From NCBI GenBank assembly GCA_965200875.1, contig OZ241456.1, forward strand, positions 1,561,774-1,625,773: DNA of 64,000 nucleotides, in the 5' to 3' direction. This DNA comes from Bdellovibrionales bacterium. GTDB lineage: Bacteria > Bdellovibrionota > Bdellovibrionia > Bdellovibrionales > UBA1609. Below are positions 1-10,619 of the stretch, one piece after another. A program made the translations under genes and the position numbers. The notes under the pieces were generated by a model. The model saw nothing but the letters and a program-made list of their open reading frames with translations. It was not told the DNA's origin and did not search any database. The first letter of the stretch is position 1; every line of letters begins with the position of its first letter.

Positions 1-8
1 TGACAGAT

Positions 9-1361
9 TTGTTTCAAGGTTTGATGCTTTACCTGACAGGGTTTTTGGTGATGGGTTTTGGCATTTATGCTCTAGGGGGTATAGGAGAGTTTTGGACTCA
101 CCTACCTTTAAGTCACCGCCTTCCTTTTGCCTCCATGAATGCAAATCCTCATTTTAATTCTGTGGGAGTATTTTGGGGAGACGCTTTAGTGGGAAGTGCA
201 GCTTTTTTATTTATGCACCAAGGAATATTAATGCGATTTCTGGCCACCAGAAGTATCAAACAGGCCCGCATGACTGCCTTGTTTAATATTCTTGTCTGTT
301 TACCTCTTTCTGCTATTACCGTGGGAGGGGCTGGCTGGATTGCCAAAGCCATTATTACAAAGCAGGAAAAAATTGGTTCTGCTTTGCCAGGCCATGAAGT
401 TTTAAATGTCAACGAAACTTATAATATTTTTATCAATGTGGCTTTTGAAGTTTTAAAACAATATGAAATACTTTTGGGTTTGGTAATAGCGGCTTTACTC
501 GCGGCTCTTATGTCTACAGTAGATACCCTTATCAACGCATCTGCAGCTATAGGAGTATATGATATTTACAAGCCCTTGGTGCGTCCCAAGGAAAGTGAAA
601 AACACTACCTTAAAGTGGCACGTCTAGCTTCAATTTTTGTAATTGGTATCAGTTTACTGCTGGTGATTTGGTTTTTTCGCCAAGAGGGAACTTTAATGTC
701 CATTCACTACAAAGGAATTATGACTATTATCCCGCCCGTGGTAACTACAATTTTTATAGCTTTGTTTTGGCCCCGCTTTAATGCTTTTTCAGCTATTTTA
801 GCAATGCTTGTCGGTGGAACAGCCACAGTTTTGACAGGAATATTCCCGGAACCCGTTATACACTTAAGAGAGTTTTTTCTGGGTGCCAAATCAGGGGACC
901 CTATTTATTTCCGTGCGGTTTTTGGAGTGATTTTAACAACTGTTATTGGTGTGATCACTTGTTTGCTCAGCTCTTCATCCAATGACACCAAAAGCTTAAA
1001 CCGAATAAGCGGTTTAACAGCGAATACACTGGACAAAGCTATGTATTTTTTTAAAGGAGGAAAACCCAACTTAAAACAAGGCAAAAAAGCAAAAAAACTT
1101 ACACTGTCTTCGAACATCCAGCTGAATAAGGGAGAAATTCTTATTTCCAAAAAGGTCTCTGATATTTTAAAGGCTGACTTAGGAGATAGAATATATGTGT
1201 CTGATAATCGTTGGTGGTTGGGTGGCATCCGATCCGGACATTTTGTTTTAAAGGGCTTGCATAGCAATAAAAATGAGGACTTGGTTTTTATTTCTGAGGA
1301 AAGTGTGAAGAGGGCTTATATGATCCCTGAGAAAAAAGTATTCCTAGAAAAAATTATCTGA
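9..1361 (+). CDS. Sodium:solute symporter family transporter, C-terminal part. The frame is open to the window start, so the gene is 5' truncated.
   Basis: Multi-TM hydrophobic profile. SSF-type motif GLVIAALLAALMSTVDTLINASAA. Soluble tail of about 110 aa. No stop upstream in frame. Confidence 0.5.
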   Translation: MFQGLMLYLTGFLVMGFGIYALGGIGEFWTHLPLSHRLPFASMNANPHFNSVGVFWGDALVGSAAFLFMHQGILMRFLATRSIKQARMTALFNILVCLPLSAITVGGAGWIAKAIITKQEKIGSALPGHEVLNVNETYNIFINVAFEVLKQYEILLGLVIAALLAALMSTVDTLINASAAIGVYDIYKPLVRPKESEKHYLKVARLASIFVIGISLLLVIWFFRQEGTLMSIHYKGIMTIIPPVVTTIFIALFWPRFNAFSAILAMLVGGTATVLTGIFPEPVIHLREFFLGAKSGDPIYFRAVFGVILTTVIGVITCLLSSSSNDTKSLNRISGLTANTLDKAMYFFKGGKPNLKQGKKAKKLTLSSNIQLNKGEILISKKVSDILKADLGDRIYVSDNRWWLGGIRSGHFVLKGLHSNKNEDLVFISEESVKRAYMIPEKKVFLEKII

Positions 1362-1397
1362 AACACATCTCTCCCTTGAAATCCACTTGGCAAATTT

Positions 1398-2291
1398 TTA
1401 TTTTTTGCCTTTATTTTTACCTTTATAATATTTGGCGTTTATCTGCTGAGCCAAATCCGGCAAATCCATAAAATGATCTCCTTTTCTTACATTGAAAGGC
1501 CGATCTTCTCCATCACATAATAAAACTTCTTTGATATATTTCTTAAAAGCATAAACAGGACCATAAATTTTATTGGAAAGATATATGGTAAAGCCCAACA
1601 CAATAAGCAAAAAACACATAGACAAAATAAAAAATAATAATAAAAATATTGTTATGATATTACTTTGCAAGACAGGCGAAATTTCCACAAAACGATTGAT
1701 AACTATTTTAATAAAAGAAACGGAAAATATACAATATGCGAACGCAAACAGAAAATAAGGAAACAACACTTGATAACAAAATGTATATTGTTCCTTTTCT
1801 ATGAACATTTTTCGTCTGAGGTTATGTTTTTGAATAATCAGGGAACGATCTTTCACAGCAAAGAACAGGGTCATTATAACACCAACAAATATTAATACAT
1901 CCGACAAATTAAAATATATCTTAAAAAAAGTCATCCAATCCAACACACCCCCTCGAAACATAATATCCAAACTTTCTCCCATCATCCCGGCAACAAAAAG
2001 TGTCACACCTATCCTCAAACCCATCAACCTTTGAACCAATATCAAGTTCAAAACAAAAAGTAATAATAGAAAAAATACAGAAAAGCCAAAAGGAGAAATG
2101 GCTGATATATACCCCAAGATATTTAATTGATCCATTAATACAAATGGAGTTTCCTGCACGGTAAAACCAAGAGGCCCTATTTTAACAGGATTATTTTTCA
2201 AGGCCACTTCTGCAAGCTCTTTGAGAACCTGATCGAACACGACAGCCAAAACGAGTATACCGGCAATAATAATCCAATCTTTTTTCTTCAC
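1398..2291 (-). CDS. Lipoprotein signal peptidase (LspA)-like membrane protein with an extra C-terminal TM and soluble extension
   Basis: N-terminal half has the LspA layout: FDQVLKE, GGVLDWMTF, and FNLSDVLIFVG with the two candidate catalytic Asp. About 140 further aa are not found in canonical LspA. Confidence 0.4.
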   Translation of the reverse strand: MKKKDWIIIAGILVLAVVFDQVLKELAEVALKNNPVKIGPLGFTVQETPFVLMDQLNILGYISAISPFGFSVFFLLLLFVLNLILVQRLMGLRIGVTLFVAGMMGESLDIMFRGGVLDWMTFFKIYFNLSDVLIFVGVIMTLFFAVKDRSLIIQKHNLRRKMFIEKEQYTFCYQVLFPYFLFAFAYCIFSVSFIKIVINRFVEISPVLQSNIITIFLLLFFILSMCFLLIVLGFTIYLSNKIYGPVYAFKKYIKEVLLCDGEDRPFNVRKGDHFMDLPDLAQQINAKYYKGKNKGKK

Positions 2292-2304
2292 TATACCAGC
2301 TCTT

Positions 2305-3948
2305 TCATTGATTTAAGTTTAACGGTATTTCCTTTTCCACTTTCATTAAAAATCGAAAATCACCATTATCACTTAAATAGTAGTTTAAAATATCTTTCTT
2401 TACAACTGTTATCTGATCTTCATGCCATAAGGGAATAAAAGCCAAATCATCATGGATGATTTTTTGCACCTGACTGTAAATGGCCTGTCTTTTTTCCCGA
2501 TTCATCTCGGTTATTCCCTGATCTAGGAGCTTATCGAGAAGTTTATTTTCATAAAACCCTCTGTTTCTTCCCTTTGGAGGATGTTCTCTTGAATGAAAGG
2601 CTACACGATAAATATCCGGATCTGTCGCTCCCACCCATTTCAGCAAAGCGAATTGAAATCTGCCCGCGTTTAAATCTCCGTAAAAAGTACCCCATTCAAA
2701 ACTCTCTATTTTCACTTTAAAACCCGCTTTTCTTAATTGCAAAGACAATATCCGTCCATGATCCACTGCTGATCGGGCACTGGAGGTTTTAAACGAAAAA
2801 GTTTTCTGACGACAGGAAAGAGGCAGGCGATGAAAAATATCTCTCGCTTTTTCAAGATTATAAGCGGAATTTTTAATATAAGGATTTAAAAAATAGTTAT
2901 GAGGACCCAATATTGTGGTGGCTGGATGGGCAAAAGTTCTTAATTTATGCTGTATAATTTTTAAACGATCTATGGAAGCTACTATAGCTTGACGTGTTTC
3001 CTTTTTTCTTAAACATTCATCCTGAAAATTAATCAGTAAATAGGTCATGGAAAGACCGGGACGACGAAAAATCTGAAATTGATCTTTTTTCTTTTCAAAA
3101 TAGCTTATTTTCTGAAAACTTATTTCTGATTGAGCAATATCAATTTCTCCATTTAACATTTTCTGGAAACGGGTAAAATCATCCCGTATAATTTTAAAAA
3201 TAACCCGGTTTATTTTTGGAGCTGGCCTTGCAGAAGGACGCGCTTTCAAAACCAGATGACTGGAACTGTTGCTTTCCAGCTGAAAAGGACCTGTGCCAAA
3301 AGGTGCTTTTTGAAAGCCTGAATCATCTGATAATATCTCCTGTTTGGGAAGAATTTTCAAAACAGGCAAATCTGAACTCAGAAATTTGGCGGATTCTTTC
3401 TTTAACTTAACTTTTAGTATGAACTGTCTCTTTTTCTCCTCCACATTTACAGACTCAATAATTTGAAATGCGGAGGAAAACGGACTTTTTTCTGAACGAT
3501 ATTCCTCAAAACTAAAGAGTAAATCTTCTTTAGTAATCTTTCTTTCATTGGAGAATTTTAAATCCTTATCTATATGAAAACTGTAAATTTTATCTTTATA
3601 ACTCCAACTCTGAGCGGCAGACGGCAGTGTTTTTAAATGCGGGCCACGGTATACAAGGGAGTGAAACAGCAGATCCCCTATTCGCATACCATTAGCATCC
3701 GTGGCCTTACGGGGATCCAAAGAGCGCGGTTCAGAACCCAGAGCCAACACTATATTTTGGCTGACCTTTTCTTGAGCGTTAGATGATCCATCTTCCTTGA
3801 TGGAATGAAGTGGCTTTGCGCCAGATTGCGCCATGTTAAATTGTTTTGAAGAGGATTTTCCGAAATAAAAAAAAGCCAAACCAATGAAAGTCAATACTCC
3901 CAAAGCACTTGATATAAAAACCAGGCGGTTTTTTCGCCAATTATTCAT
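2305..3948 (-). CDS. ABC transporter substrate-binding protein, peptide/nickel family 5
   Basis: 547 aa with an N-terminal signal anchor. Family-5 SBP-like sequence throughout (LALGSEPRSLDPRKATD, GTGPFQL). Confidence 0.7.
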   Translation of the reverse strand: MNNWRKNRLVFISSALGVLTFIGLAFFYFGKSSSKQFNMAQSGAKPLHSIKEDGSSNAQEKVSQNIVLALGSEPRSLDPRKATDANGMRIGDLLFHSLVYRGPHLKTLPSAAQSWSYKDKIYSFHIDKDLKFSNERKITKEDLLFSFEEYRSEKSPFSSAFQIIESVNVEEKKRQFILKVKLKKESAKFLSSDLPVLKILPKQEILSDDSGFQKAPFGTGPFQLESNSSSHLVLKARPSARPAPKINRVIFKIIRDDFTRFQKMLNGEIDIAQSEISFQKISYFEKKKDQFQIFRRPGLSMTYLLINFQDECLRKKETRQAIVASIDRLKIIQHKLRTFAHPATTILGPHNYFLNPYIKNSAYNLEKARDIFHRLPLSCRQKTFSFKTSSARSAVDHGRILSLQLRKAGFKVKIESFEWGTFYGDLNAGRFQFALLKWVGATDPDIYRVAFHSREHPPKGRNRGFYENKLLDKLLDQGITEMNREKRQAIYSQVQKIIHDDLAFIPLWHEDQITVVKKDILNYYLSDNGDFRFLMKVEKEIPLNLNQ

Positions 3949-4026
3949 TTTACATAACCTTTTTTATCCACAGATGATACGATACACTATATCAAAAAAT
4001 TTTACTTTCTCCAGAGGCTTATTCGT

Positions 4027-5466
4027 ATGCGTTTTGAAAAACCGGCACTTAATTTTTCCGGCCTAAAAGTTCCACTGATTGTATTTACTCTTTGTGGAAA
4101 CAGTTTACCTTCACACTCCTCTCAAACTTTCAAAACTTTAAAAGAATTTGAAAAACATCTGCAAAAAAACTCAATACCTCTACAGGAAATGGGTGTGATT
4201 GTGGCAGATGCAAATAAACCTCTTTATCAACTAAATGCAAATCAAAGTTTTATCCCAGCCTCTCTGATAAAGCTTTTTACCGCTTCCGCTTTGCTGGATT
4301 TATTATCCCCCTCTTTGCAATTCACTACGCGCTTCCTAACAAAACACAAAATCAAAGGGTCTGTTTTAAAAGGCGATCTTTATCTGAAAGGTGGAGGAGA
4401 TCCAGCTTTTGTCTCGGAAAGTCTATGGAACTTGGTGAATAACCTGAAACGCACTGGACTAAAAAAAATTGAAGGCGACTTAATTGTGGATGAAAGCCTT
4501 TTTGATGGAAAAATTAAAGGAGAGCGTCTCCCTCAACCCTCCCATTCCAGCTATGACGCTCCCGTAGGAGCTTTATCCTTTAACTGGAACACAGCTAATA
4601 TATATTTACGCCCTGGAAAAAAAAGGGGAGACCCTTTAGCAGTAATTGTTGACCCTTCTCCCTTATATTTTGCCAATATTGAAAATCATACAAAAACAGC
4701 AAAAAAACAAAGTGTTTTCATTCAAAGATACACAAAGAACTCACGGGAATCCCTGAAAATATCTGGTTCTCTTCCTCTTTTAAGTCCCGAAATTCTTATT
4801 TATAGAAATATTTTATACCCTGCAATATGGACGGGGTGGAATACTTTGAGTTTTCTTAAACAAAGAGGAATCTATATCACAGGGCGTATAAAAAAGGGGA
4901 AAACACCTCATAAAGCGTCTGTTCTGGCGGAATGGAAAAGCAGACCCCTGACAGAACATATTAAGCTAATGATGAAATACTCAAATAACTTTATGGTGGA
5001 AATGCTGGTTAAAAATATGGTCGTGGAATTGATGGGAAAAACAGGCAATTTAAAAGATGGACTGCAAATAATAAAAGAACATATTAAAAACCTGGGCATA
5101 AATCCTCAAGAATACAGCATGATACAAGCCTCAGGTCTCAGCAGAAAGAATAAACTCACACCATACCATTTGTTAAAAGTCCTGAAATACTGGCTAAATC
5201 ATCCTCTACAACCGGAATTTGAGTCAGCTTTGCCAATAGCTGGTGAAGATGGCACTTTAGAAAAATATTTTAAAAAATCCAACTTAAAGGGGCATATTCA
5301 TGCCAAAACAGGCAGTATCCGGGGAGTAACAGGGCTGGCCGGATATTTAACGACAAAAAAAGGAGAGAAAAAAATATTTGTTTTTCTCTTTAATGGTCCT
5401 GCCTCTTCTCAGAAAAAAGCAGAAGCATTGTTTCGAAAATGGGCGTATATCATATCGAACCTTTAA
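4027..5466 (+). CDS. dacB: D-alanyl-D-alanine carboxypeptidase/endopeptidase (PBP4, peptidase S13)
   Basis: SxxK motif in PASLIKLFTA, GGGDP motif, KTGS(I) motif near the C-terminus, and a signal peptide. Confidence 0.8.
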   Translation: MRFEKPALNFSGLKVPLIVFTLCGNSLPSHSSQTFKTLKEFEKHLQKNSIPLQEMGVIVADANKPLYQLNANQSFIPASLIKLFTASALLDLLSPSLQFTTRFLTKHKIKGSVLKGDLYLKGGGDPAFVSESLWNLVNNLKRTGLKKIEGDLIVDESLFDGKIKGERLPQPSHSSYDAPVGALSFNWNTANIYLRPGKKRGDPLAVIVDPSPLYFANIENHTKTAKKQSVFIQRYTKNSRESLKISGSLPLLSPEILIYRNILYPAIWTGWNTLSFLKQRGIYITGRIKKGKTPHKASVLAEWKSRPLTEHIKLMMKYSNNFMVEMLVKNMVVELMGKTGNLKDGLQIIKEHIKNLGINPQEYSMIQASGLSRKNKLTPYHLLKVLKYWLNHPLQPEFESALPIAGEDGTLEKYFKKSNLKGHIHAKTGSIRGVTGLAGYLTTKKGEKKIFVFLFNGPASSQKKAEALFRKWAYIISNL

Positions 5467-5582
5467 TCGGCAATGAAATTGCATATTATTTTCTCCTGAA
5501 CTGATATTTTTTAATATTTATGCAATATTGCTCCGCAGTATCAATACCCTTTATTCCCTATAAAGTTTTATAAGAAATCATC

Positions 5583-6314
5583 ATGTATCGTCTTTCGATT
5601 TTTACTTTAATGACTTTTCTGATGGCTTGCGGGCCTTCAATACCGGATGATTTTTTTAATTCTGGTCCAAGTCCTTATGGAAAATATTCAAAAGCCGGGG
5701 TGGAGTACTTTCAAGAAATTGGATTTTGTTTTGAGTTTGAGGAATGTAAAGACCCTAGTGTAAAAAAATGGACTTCCAAGGTTACGGTTAAAATATCCGG
5801 CAATTACACAGAATCAGATGAAATAGAGTTGGATAACATTATAGAAGAGCTGTCCGAGCTGACCGGGTTATCCATCACAAAGGTAACAGGTAACGCGGAC
5901 ATAAATATTTATTTTACAACACAAAATAAATTTAAAAAATACATTCCCCAATACAACGAAAATAATCCGCAAGATGGTTTGTTTTCCGTTAACTACGACA
6001 AAAATTATGTATTTTATACAGCCACTATTTGTATTGAAGATCGTTTTTCAGAACAAAAAAAGCACCATTTACTCAGAGAGGAATTGACTCAGAGCTTTGG
6101 ATTGGCTCAAGATTCTTACAAATATCCAAACAGTATTTTTCAGCAAGACCCTCAATACAGACCCACAGAATATGCGGAAATTGATAAAGAAGTTATTCAA
6201 ATTCTATACAGTAAAAAAGTAAAACCCGGAATGTCCCCGCAAGATGTGACTAATGTATTAACCATTCAACCCACTCAACCTGATCAACAAGTAGCCAGTG
6301 CCAACAATCAGTAG
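5583..6314 (+). CDS. Putative lipoprotein of unknown function
   Basis: Lipobox LMAC-G at residues 13-17. Conserved-looking HHLLREELTQSFGL segment. No confident family call. Confidence 0.4.
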   Translation: MYRLSIFTLMTFLMACGPSIPDDFFNSGPSPYGKYSKAGVEYFQEIGFCFEFEECKDPSVKKWTSKVTVKISGNYTESDEIELDNIIEELSELTGLSITKVTGNADINIYFTTQNKFKKYIPQYNENNPQDGLFSVNYDKNYVFYTATICIEDRFSEQKKHHLLREELTQSFGLAQDSYKYPNSIFQQDPQYRPTEYAEIDKEVIQILYSKKVKPGMSPQDVTNVLTIQPTQPDQQVASANNQ

Positions 6315-6352
6315 TCCGTGAAGAAGTCTCTATATGTGACATGCTTACTTAC

Positions 6353-9300
6353 TCATACAGAAGCTGTTTGCTCTATTGACTTCATGTTCAAGGAAATAAC
6401 TTTTGAAATTCCTTTTTCCTCCATTGTCACTCCATACAGATGACTGCATTCTTTCATAGTGTGTTTGTTGTGAGTAATAAGAATAATCTGGCTGACCTTA
6501 GCCATTTCCGCCAACAAAGAATTAAAACGAACAATATTTATATCATCCAGTGGCGCGTCCACCTCATCTAAAATACAAAACGGAGGAGGTTTGACAAGAA
6601 AAATGGAAAAAATTACAGCCACCGCCGTCATAGCTTTTTCCCCTCCGGAAAGAAGGTTCATATTCTGAACTTTTTTTCCAGGAGGCTGAACGATAATGTC
6701 CATGCCTTTTTCTGGATCTTTTGTCAAAACCAACTCTGCCCGACCTCCCTCAAAAAGAGCGGGCCACACCTTGGAAAAACAAGAATTTACTTCGTCAAAA
6801 ACCTCTTTAAATTTTCTGGAGCAAAAACTGTCAATTCTGTTTATCACCTGAGAAAGCTTCTCTTTTGAAATACATAAATCCTCATACTGTGTTCGATAAA
6901 ACTGATTTTCCTGTAAAAGCTCTTCATATTCTTTTAACGCCAAAAGATTCACTTCTCCCATACGGGAAAGTTTACTGTTTAATTTTTGAAGCTCCTGCTC
7001 CTTGGCCTCCCGGTCAAATTCTGCTGACACAAGTTTTAAAGTCTTCAAATCCATCTGATATTTTTCCGCGATTCTTTCCGCCAGTGTGGATGTTTTTAGC
7101 GAAAGGCTTTCAGATTGCAGTTTCAAATTACTTATGGCAGATTCCTGTTTTGTAAAAGTTTCCTGCAACTGAATAACAAAGGATTGATCAGCGTTTATTT
7201 GCTCTCTTAATGTCTCCTGCTCTTTCATTAGGGATTTTGTGTCTTCTTCCCTCTGTTCCATTTCCTGTTGAAAGACTTGTTTTTTCCTCTCTTTTTCTGT
7301 TAACTGATTTTCATATTTTTGAATCAATGTTTTTTTCTCTAGGGAATGGGAAAGTGCCTGTTTTTCATCCTGCTCCCCTCTCTCATACGACTGCCTGAGA
7401 AGAATATTCTTTTCTTTCATTGTGGCCAGAGCTGTTTCACATTCCGCCAATTCTTTCCACTGCTGATCTTTTCGCTTAAGCCATGTTTGTATCTCCCGAT
7501 CTTCTTTTTCACACTCCTTTGAAATCCTCTCCAGATCTCCTTGCAAAACCGAAACTTCAAGAGAAGATTGCTCCTCGAGAATAGCACTTCTTTTTTTTTG
7601 TAACTCCTGCACTTGTTTTTGACACTCCAATATTTCTCTTTGAATATCAGTTATTTCTGAAATCAAACGATCCTGATCCCTGTTAACACTTTCCAGATCT
7701 TTATTAATTTCCAAAATACTGATTTGAAAATCTCCACCCTCTTTACTTAACTCCGACAACCTGTTTGAGCTTTTATGAAACAAAGTTTTTGTTTTTTGCA
7801 ACTGAGCAAAAAGCGCGCCGATTTGCTGTTTCTTGCGCTCAACCTGAATCGGCAAATCTTTCATAGCTCGTTGATAAGAGAGAATGTTCATTTCCTCTTG
7901 CGCCTGAGGAAAGTCCCCGCCAATCAGATCCCCTTCCTGTGTCAGTACTTCTCCCGCCAAAGTGATAAAACACCAAGAAGGATATTTCCTCTTTAGACGA
8001 AGAGCTGTTTGTATATCTTCCACTACCACCGTGTTGGAAAAAAGCACTTTGATTAACTCCGTATTTCCCTCTGCCTGCTCTTTTAAGAAAAATTTAAAAC
8101 CGGATTCTTTTCGCAATGTCTCACTTGAGGCTTGAATTTTTTCCGAATCAATACAAGATGAAAAACCAATAAATCTGCAAATACCTTGTTTTTTCTGACT
8201 TAAAAACTCCAAAGCTGAAAATACAGATGTTTCCTCCTCACAGCAGAAAACAGATTTTAATCTCATGTCCATATAAGAGGAAACAGCTTTTTCCAACACC
8301 GGCGACGGAAGACGAATAGAGCTGGCAGTGTTTTTAAAATTATTTTTCCACTCTGAAGATTGCAGGAGAAATTGCATACCTTTTTCCCGCGCGCTTTGGT
8401 GGCTAGCCCATTTCTTAAGACTGTTCCACTCAGAATACAAAGCTTCCGCTGACATCCGCGCTTTTCCAAGGTTCTCTTCCTGAGACTGAATATCCGCTTT
8501 TAAAAAGTCCACTCTCTTTTGTAATTCCTGAACAGAATTCGTCACATTAAAACTCATCTGATTTTTTTGCTCCAAAGCTTCTTCGAGACGCAGTTTTTGG
8601 GATTTCAACTTTTGGGCCATCTGATTTTTTTGCTCCAACAGTTTTTTTCCATCCTCTGCCCTGCGATTTACGGCTTTGATTTTTTCAGTAATAGATTGAG
8701 CACGCTCCTTAGACAAAGCTTCCTCATGCCGGCAATTCATCATATCTGTTTTTAAAATTTGTTTTTTTTCAGACAATGAAGAAACATTTTTATAAACTCT
8801 GTTATATTCTTTTTTGAACCATTCCCATTTTTCATATAGATCTTTTTGTTTTTTCTCCAGCTGAATGATTTGATTCTGACTCTCTTTCATTTGGTGTAAA
8901 GTTTCCTGACGATTTTCCTGATAAGAGCGCGCCGATTGAGGATATAAGTTTTGTTTGTTTACTTGAATAAACGCTTTCAACCCGGCAATCTCTTTTTCCA
9001 AAGAGACAAATTGAGTTTTTATGGAATTTGTTGAAAGGGACAATGTATCCAGTTGTTTTTTATTTTTCTGATATATCTTTTCCCGTTCCTGCGTGCGAGC
9101 GCGAATTTTCTCCTGCTGTTCCTTGCAATCTGCATTTTTTCGTTGCTCCTCCTGAAGACGCGCATGTAAGGATTTCCTTTCTTTCTGAATCTGCTCCCGT
9201 TCCCACACATTGATTTCAATATCTTTATCCTGAATCTGTTTTTTAATATCTCTGAATTGCTCGGCGTTTTCAGACTGTTTCCTGAGTTTTGCAAGCTGAG

Positions 9301-9910
9301 TGCTTTGCTGAGACAAAATATCTTTTAGACGATTCAAATGGATTTCTGTCAAATCCAGTTTTCGTTCTGCTTCTTTTTTTCGGGAACGAAACTTGGACAC
9401 TCCTGCGGCAGATTCAATCAATGTTCTTTTTTGCTCCGGTTTAGAGGAAATAAAACTTTCCACCGATCCCTGTTCAATAAAACTAAACCCGTGAACACCA
9501 GCACCTGTATCCATGAATATCTCCTGCACATCCTTTAGCCGGCTGGACCGGGAATTAATAAAATATTCTGACTTGCCATCTCTATCTAATCTGCGGGTCA
9601 GCATAATTTCCGAACCATAAGAAACCTTTGATTGCGTGCGTTCCGCTTTGGAAAGTTCCATAATAAGAGAAACTTCCGCTATTCCACTTGGTGGATATTT
9701 TCCCGCGCCGGCAAAAATCAGATCTTCCATAGAAGAACCACGCAGATGCTTAGGGGCTGTTTCCCCCATCACCCATAAAAAAGCATCTACAACATTGGAC
9801 TTCCCACAACCATTAGGTCCTACAATACAGCTGACTCCTTCAGGAAAACGAATAGTCGTGCGATTTCCAAAAGATTTAAAACCTTTCATTTGTATCTGTT
9901 TGATTCTCAT
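6353..9910 (-). CDS. smc: Chromosome segregation protein SMC
   Basis: N-terminal MRIKQIQMKGFKSFG...GPNGCGKSN, long coiled coils, hinge, and C-terminal LSGGEKA...ILDEVDAPLD. Start chosen at the internal ATG at 9910 with an AAGGAA RBS. Confidence 0.9.
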   Translation of the reverse strand: MRIKQIQMKGFKSFGNRTTIRFPEGVSCIVGPNGCGKSNVVDAFLWVMGETAPKHLRGSSMEDLIFAGAGKYPPSGIAEVSLIMELSKAERTQSKVSYGSEIMLTRRLDRDGKSEYFINSRSSRLKDVQEIFMDTGAGVHGFSFIEQGSVESFISSKPEQKRTLIESAAGVSKFRSRKKEAERKLDLTEIHLNRLKDILSQQSTQLAKLRKQSENAEQFRDIKKQIQDKDIEINVWEREQIQKERKSLHARLQEEQRKNADCKEQQEKIRARTQEREKIYQKNKKQLDTLSLSTNSIKTQFVSLEKEIAGLKAFIQVNKQNLYPQSARSYQENRQETLHQMKESQNQIIQLEKKQKDLYEKWEWFKKEYNRVYKNVSSLSEKKQILKTDMMNCRHEEALSKERAQSITEKIKAVNRRAEDGKKLLEQKNQMAQKLKSQKLRLEEALEQKNQMSFNVTNSVQELQKRVDFLKADIQSQEENLGKARMSAEALYSEWNSLKKWASHQSAREKGMQFLLQSSEWKNNFKNTASSIRLPSPVLEKAVSSYMDMRLKSVFCCEEETSVFSALEFLSQKKQGICRFIGFSSCIDSEKIQASSETLRKESGFKFFLKEQAEGNTELIKVLFSNTVVVEDIQTALRLKRKYPSWCFITLAGEVLTQEGDLIGGDFPQAQEEMNILSYQRAMKDLPIQVERKKQQIGALFAQLQKTKTLFHKSSNRLSELSKEGGDFQISILEINKDLESVNRDQDRLISEITDIQREILECQKQVQELQKKRSAILEEQSSLEVSVLQGDLERISKECEKEDREIQTWLKRKDQQWKELAECETALATMKEKNILLRQSYERGEQDEKQALSHSLEKKTLIQKYENQLTEKERKKQVFQQEMEQREEDTKSLMKEQETLREQINADQSFVIQLQETFTKQESAISNLKLQSESLSLKTSTLAERIAEKYQMDLKTLKLVSAEFDREAKEQELQKLNSKLSRMGEVNLLALKEYEELLQENQFYRTQYEDLCISKEKLSQVINRIDSFCSRKFKEVFDEVNSCFSKVWPALFEGGRAELVLTKDPEKGMDIIVQPPGKKVQNMNLLSGGEKAMTAVAVIFSIFLVKPPPFCILDEVDAPLDDINIVRFNSLLAEMAKVSQIILITHNKHTMKECSHLYGVTMEEKGISKVISLNMKSIEQTASV

Positions 9911-9980
9911 TTCCTTATACTCCAATTTGCCTTTCACACAGTTTGTCTTCCGGTCTCCAACCAACACAGGGACTATTAAT

Positions 9981-10165
9981 CGTCTGTGAAAAAGGTTTTT
10001 TATATGTACAGCTTATTGCTCATACCTCACCGCTCGGTCTCAAACATGCGTTTTGCCACACACGCGTCTTTCAGTCGCGGTGGGTATGAGCAATAAGCTT
10101 TTTACCTCTTTCATTTTACAAGAAAACAAAAAGTTCGTTATAAAACCTTGCAATTATTTCCCCTG
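9981..10165. repeat. Family-B structured intergenic repeat, short variant
   Basis: GTGAAAAAGG left end. A 24/23-nt inverted repeat (AGCTTATTGCTCATACCTCACCGC at 10010-10033 and GCGGTGGGTATGAGCAATAAGCT at 10077-10099) surrounds a 43-nt loop. Homologous to 47605-47815, 44391-44530 and 49640-49870. Confidence 0.85.
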
Positions 10166-10230
10166 AAAATTATAAAAAAATCAAATAATAGTAATAGGTT
10201 AAAAGCTTTATCACAGGCTTCTATATAGTG

Positions 10231-10330
10231 GTCCGTGAAAAACCCTTTTCATACAACTGAAAAGCCAAGTTGTTGGCTTTCAGTCCCTTGCAGGTGGGAA
10301 TCAAGTCAAAATAACATACTTTTTCACGGA
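10231..10330. repeat. Family-A MITE/REP-like repeat
   Basis: GTCCGTGAAAAA ... TTTTTCACGG termini and an internal hairpin CTGAAAAGCCAA-GTTG-TTGGCTTTCAG. Homologous to 34916-35055. Confidence 0.85.
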
Positions 10331-10427
10331 GTACTACTTAGATTGACTGGATTATAATAAAGTTTTTTGACACAGTGCAAATAAAACATAGTGGAAATAA
10401 AGCACCAAAAACAAAAAAGGAATAATG

Positions 10428-10516
10428 CGGAGGGGGAGGGATTCGAACCCTCGGTACGGGTTTCCCCGTACGGCCGTTTAGCAAACGGCTGGTTTCAGCC
10501 ACTCACCCACCCCTCC
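10428..10516 (-). tRNA. tRNA-Ser (anticodon GCU)
   Basis: Hand-folded. Acceptor GGAGGGG/CCCCTCC, anticodon stem GCCGT/ACGGC with loop TTGCTAA, long variable arm CGTACGGGGAAACCCGTACC, T-arm GAGGG-TTCGAAT-CCCTC. No encoded CCA. Confidence 0.9.
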
Positions 10517-10619
10517 CGACTATAATTTCATTGATCAGGCAACAACTTATATTTACACTAATTTCCTGTAAAATTCTTAATAAAGAATTTTACACTAAAT
10601 TCCTGTAAAATGTCTATAT

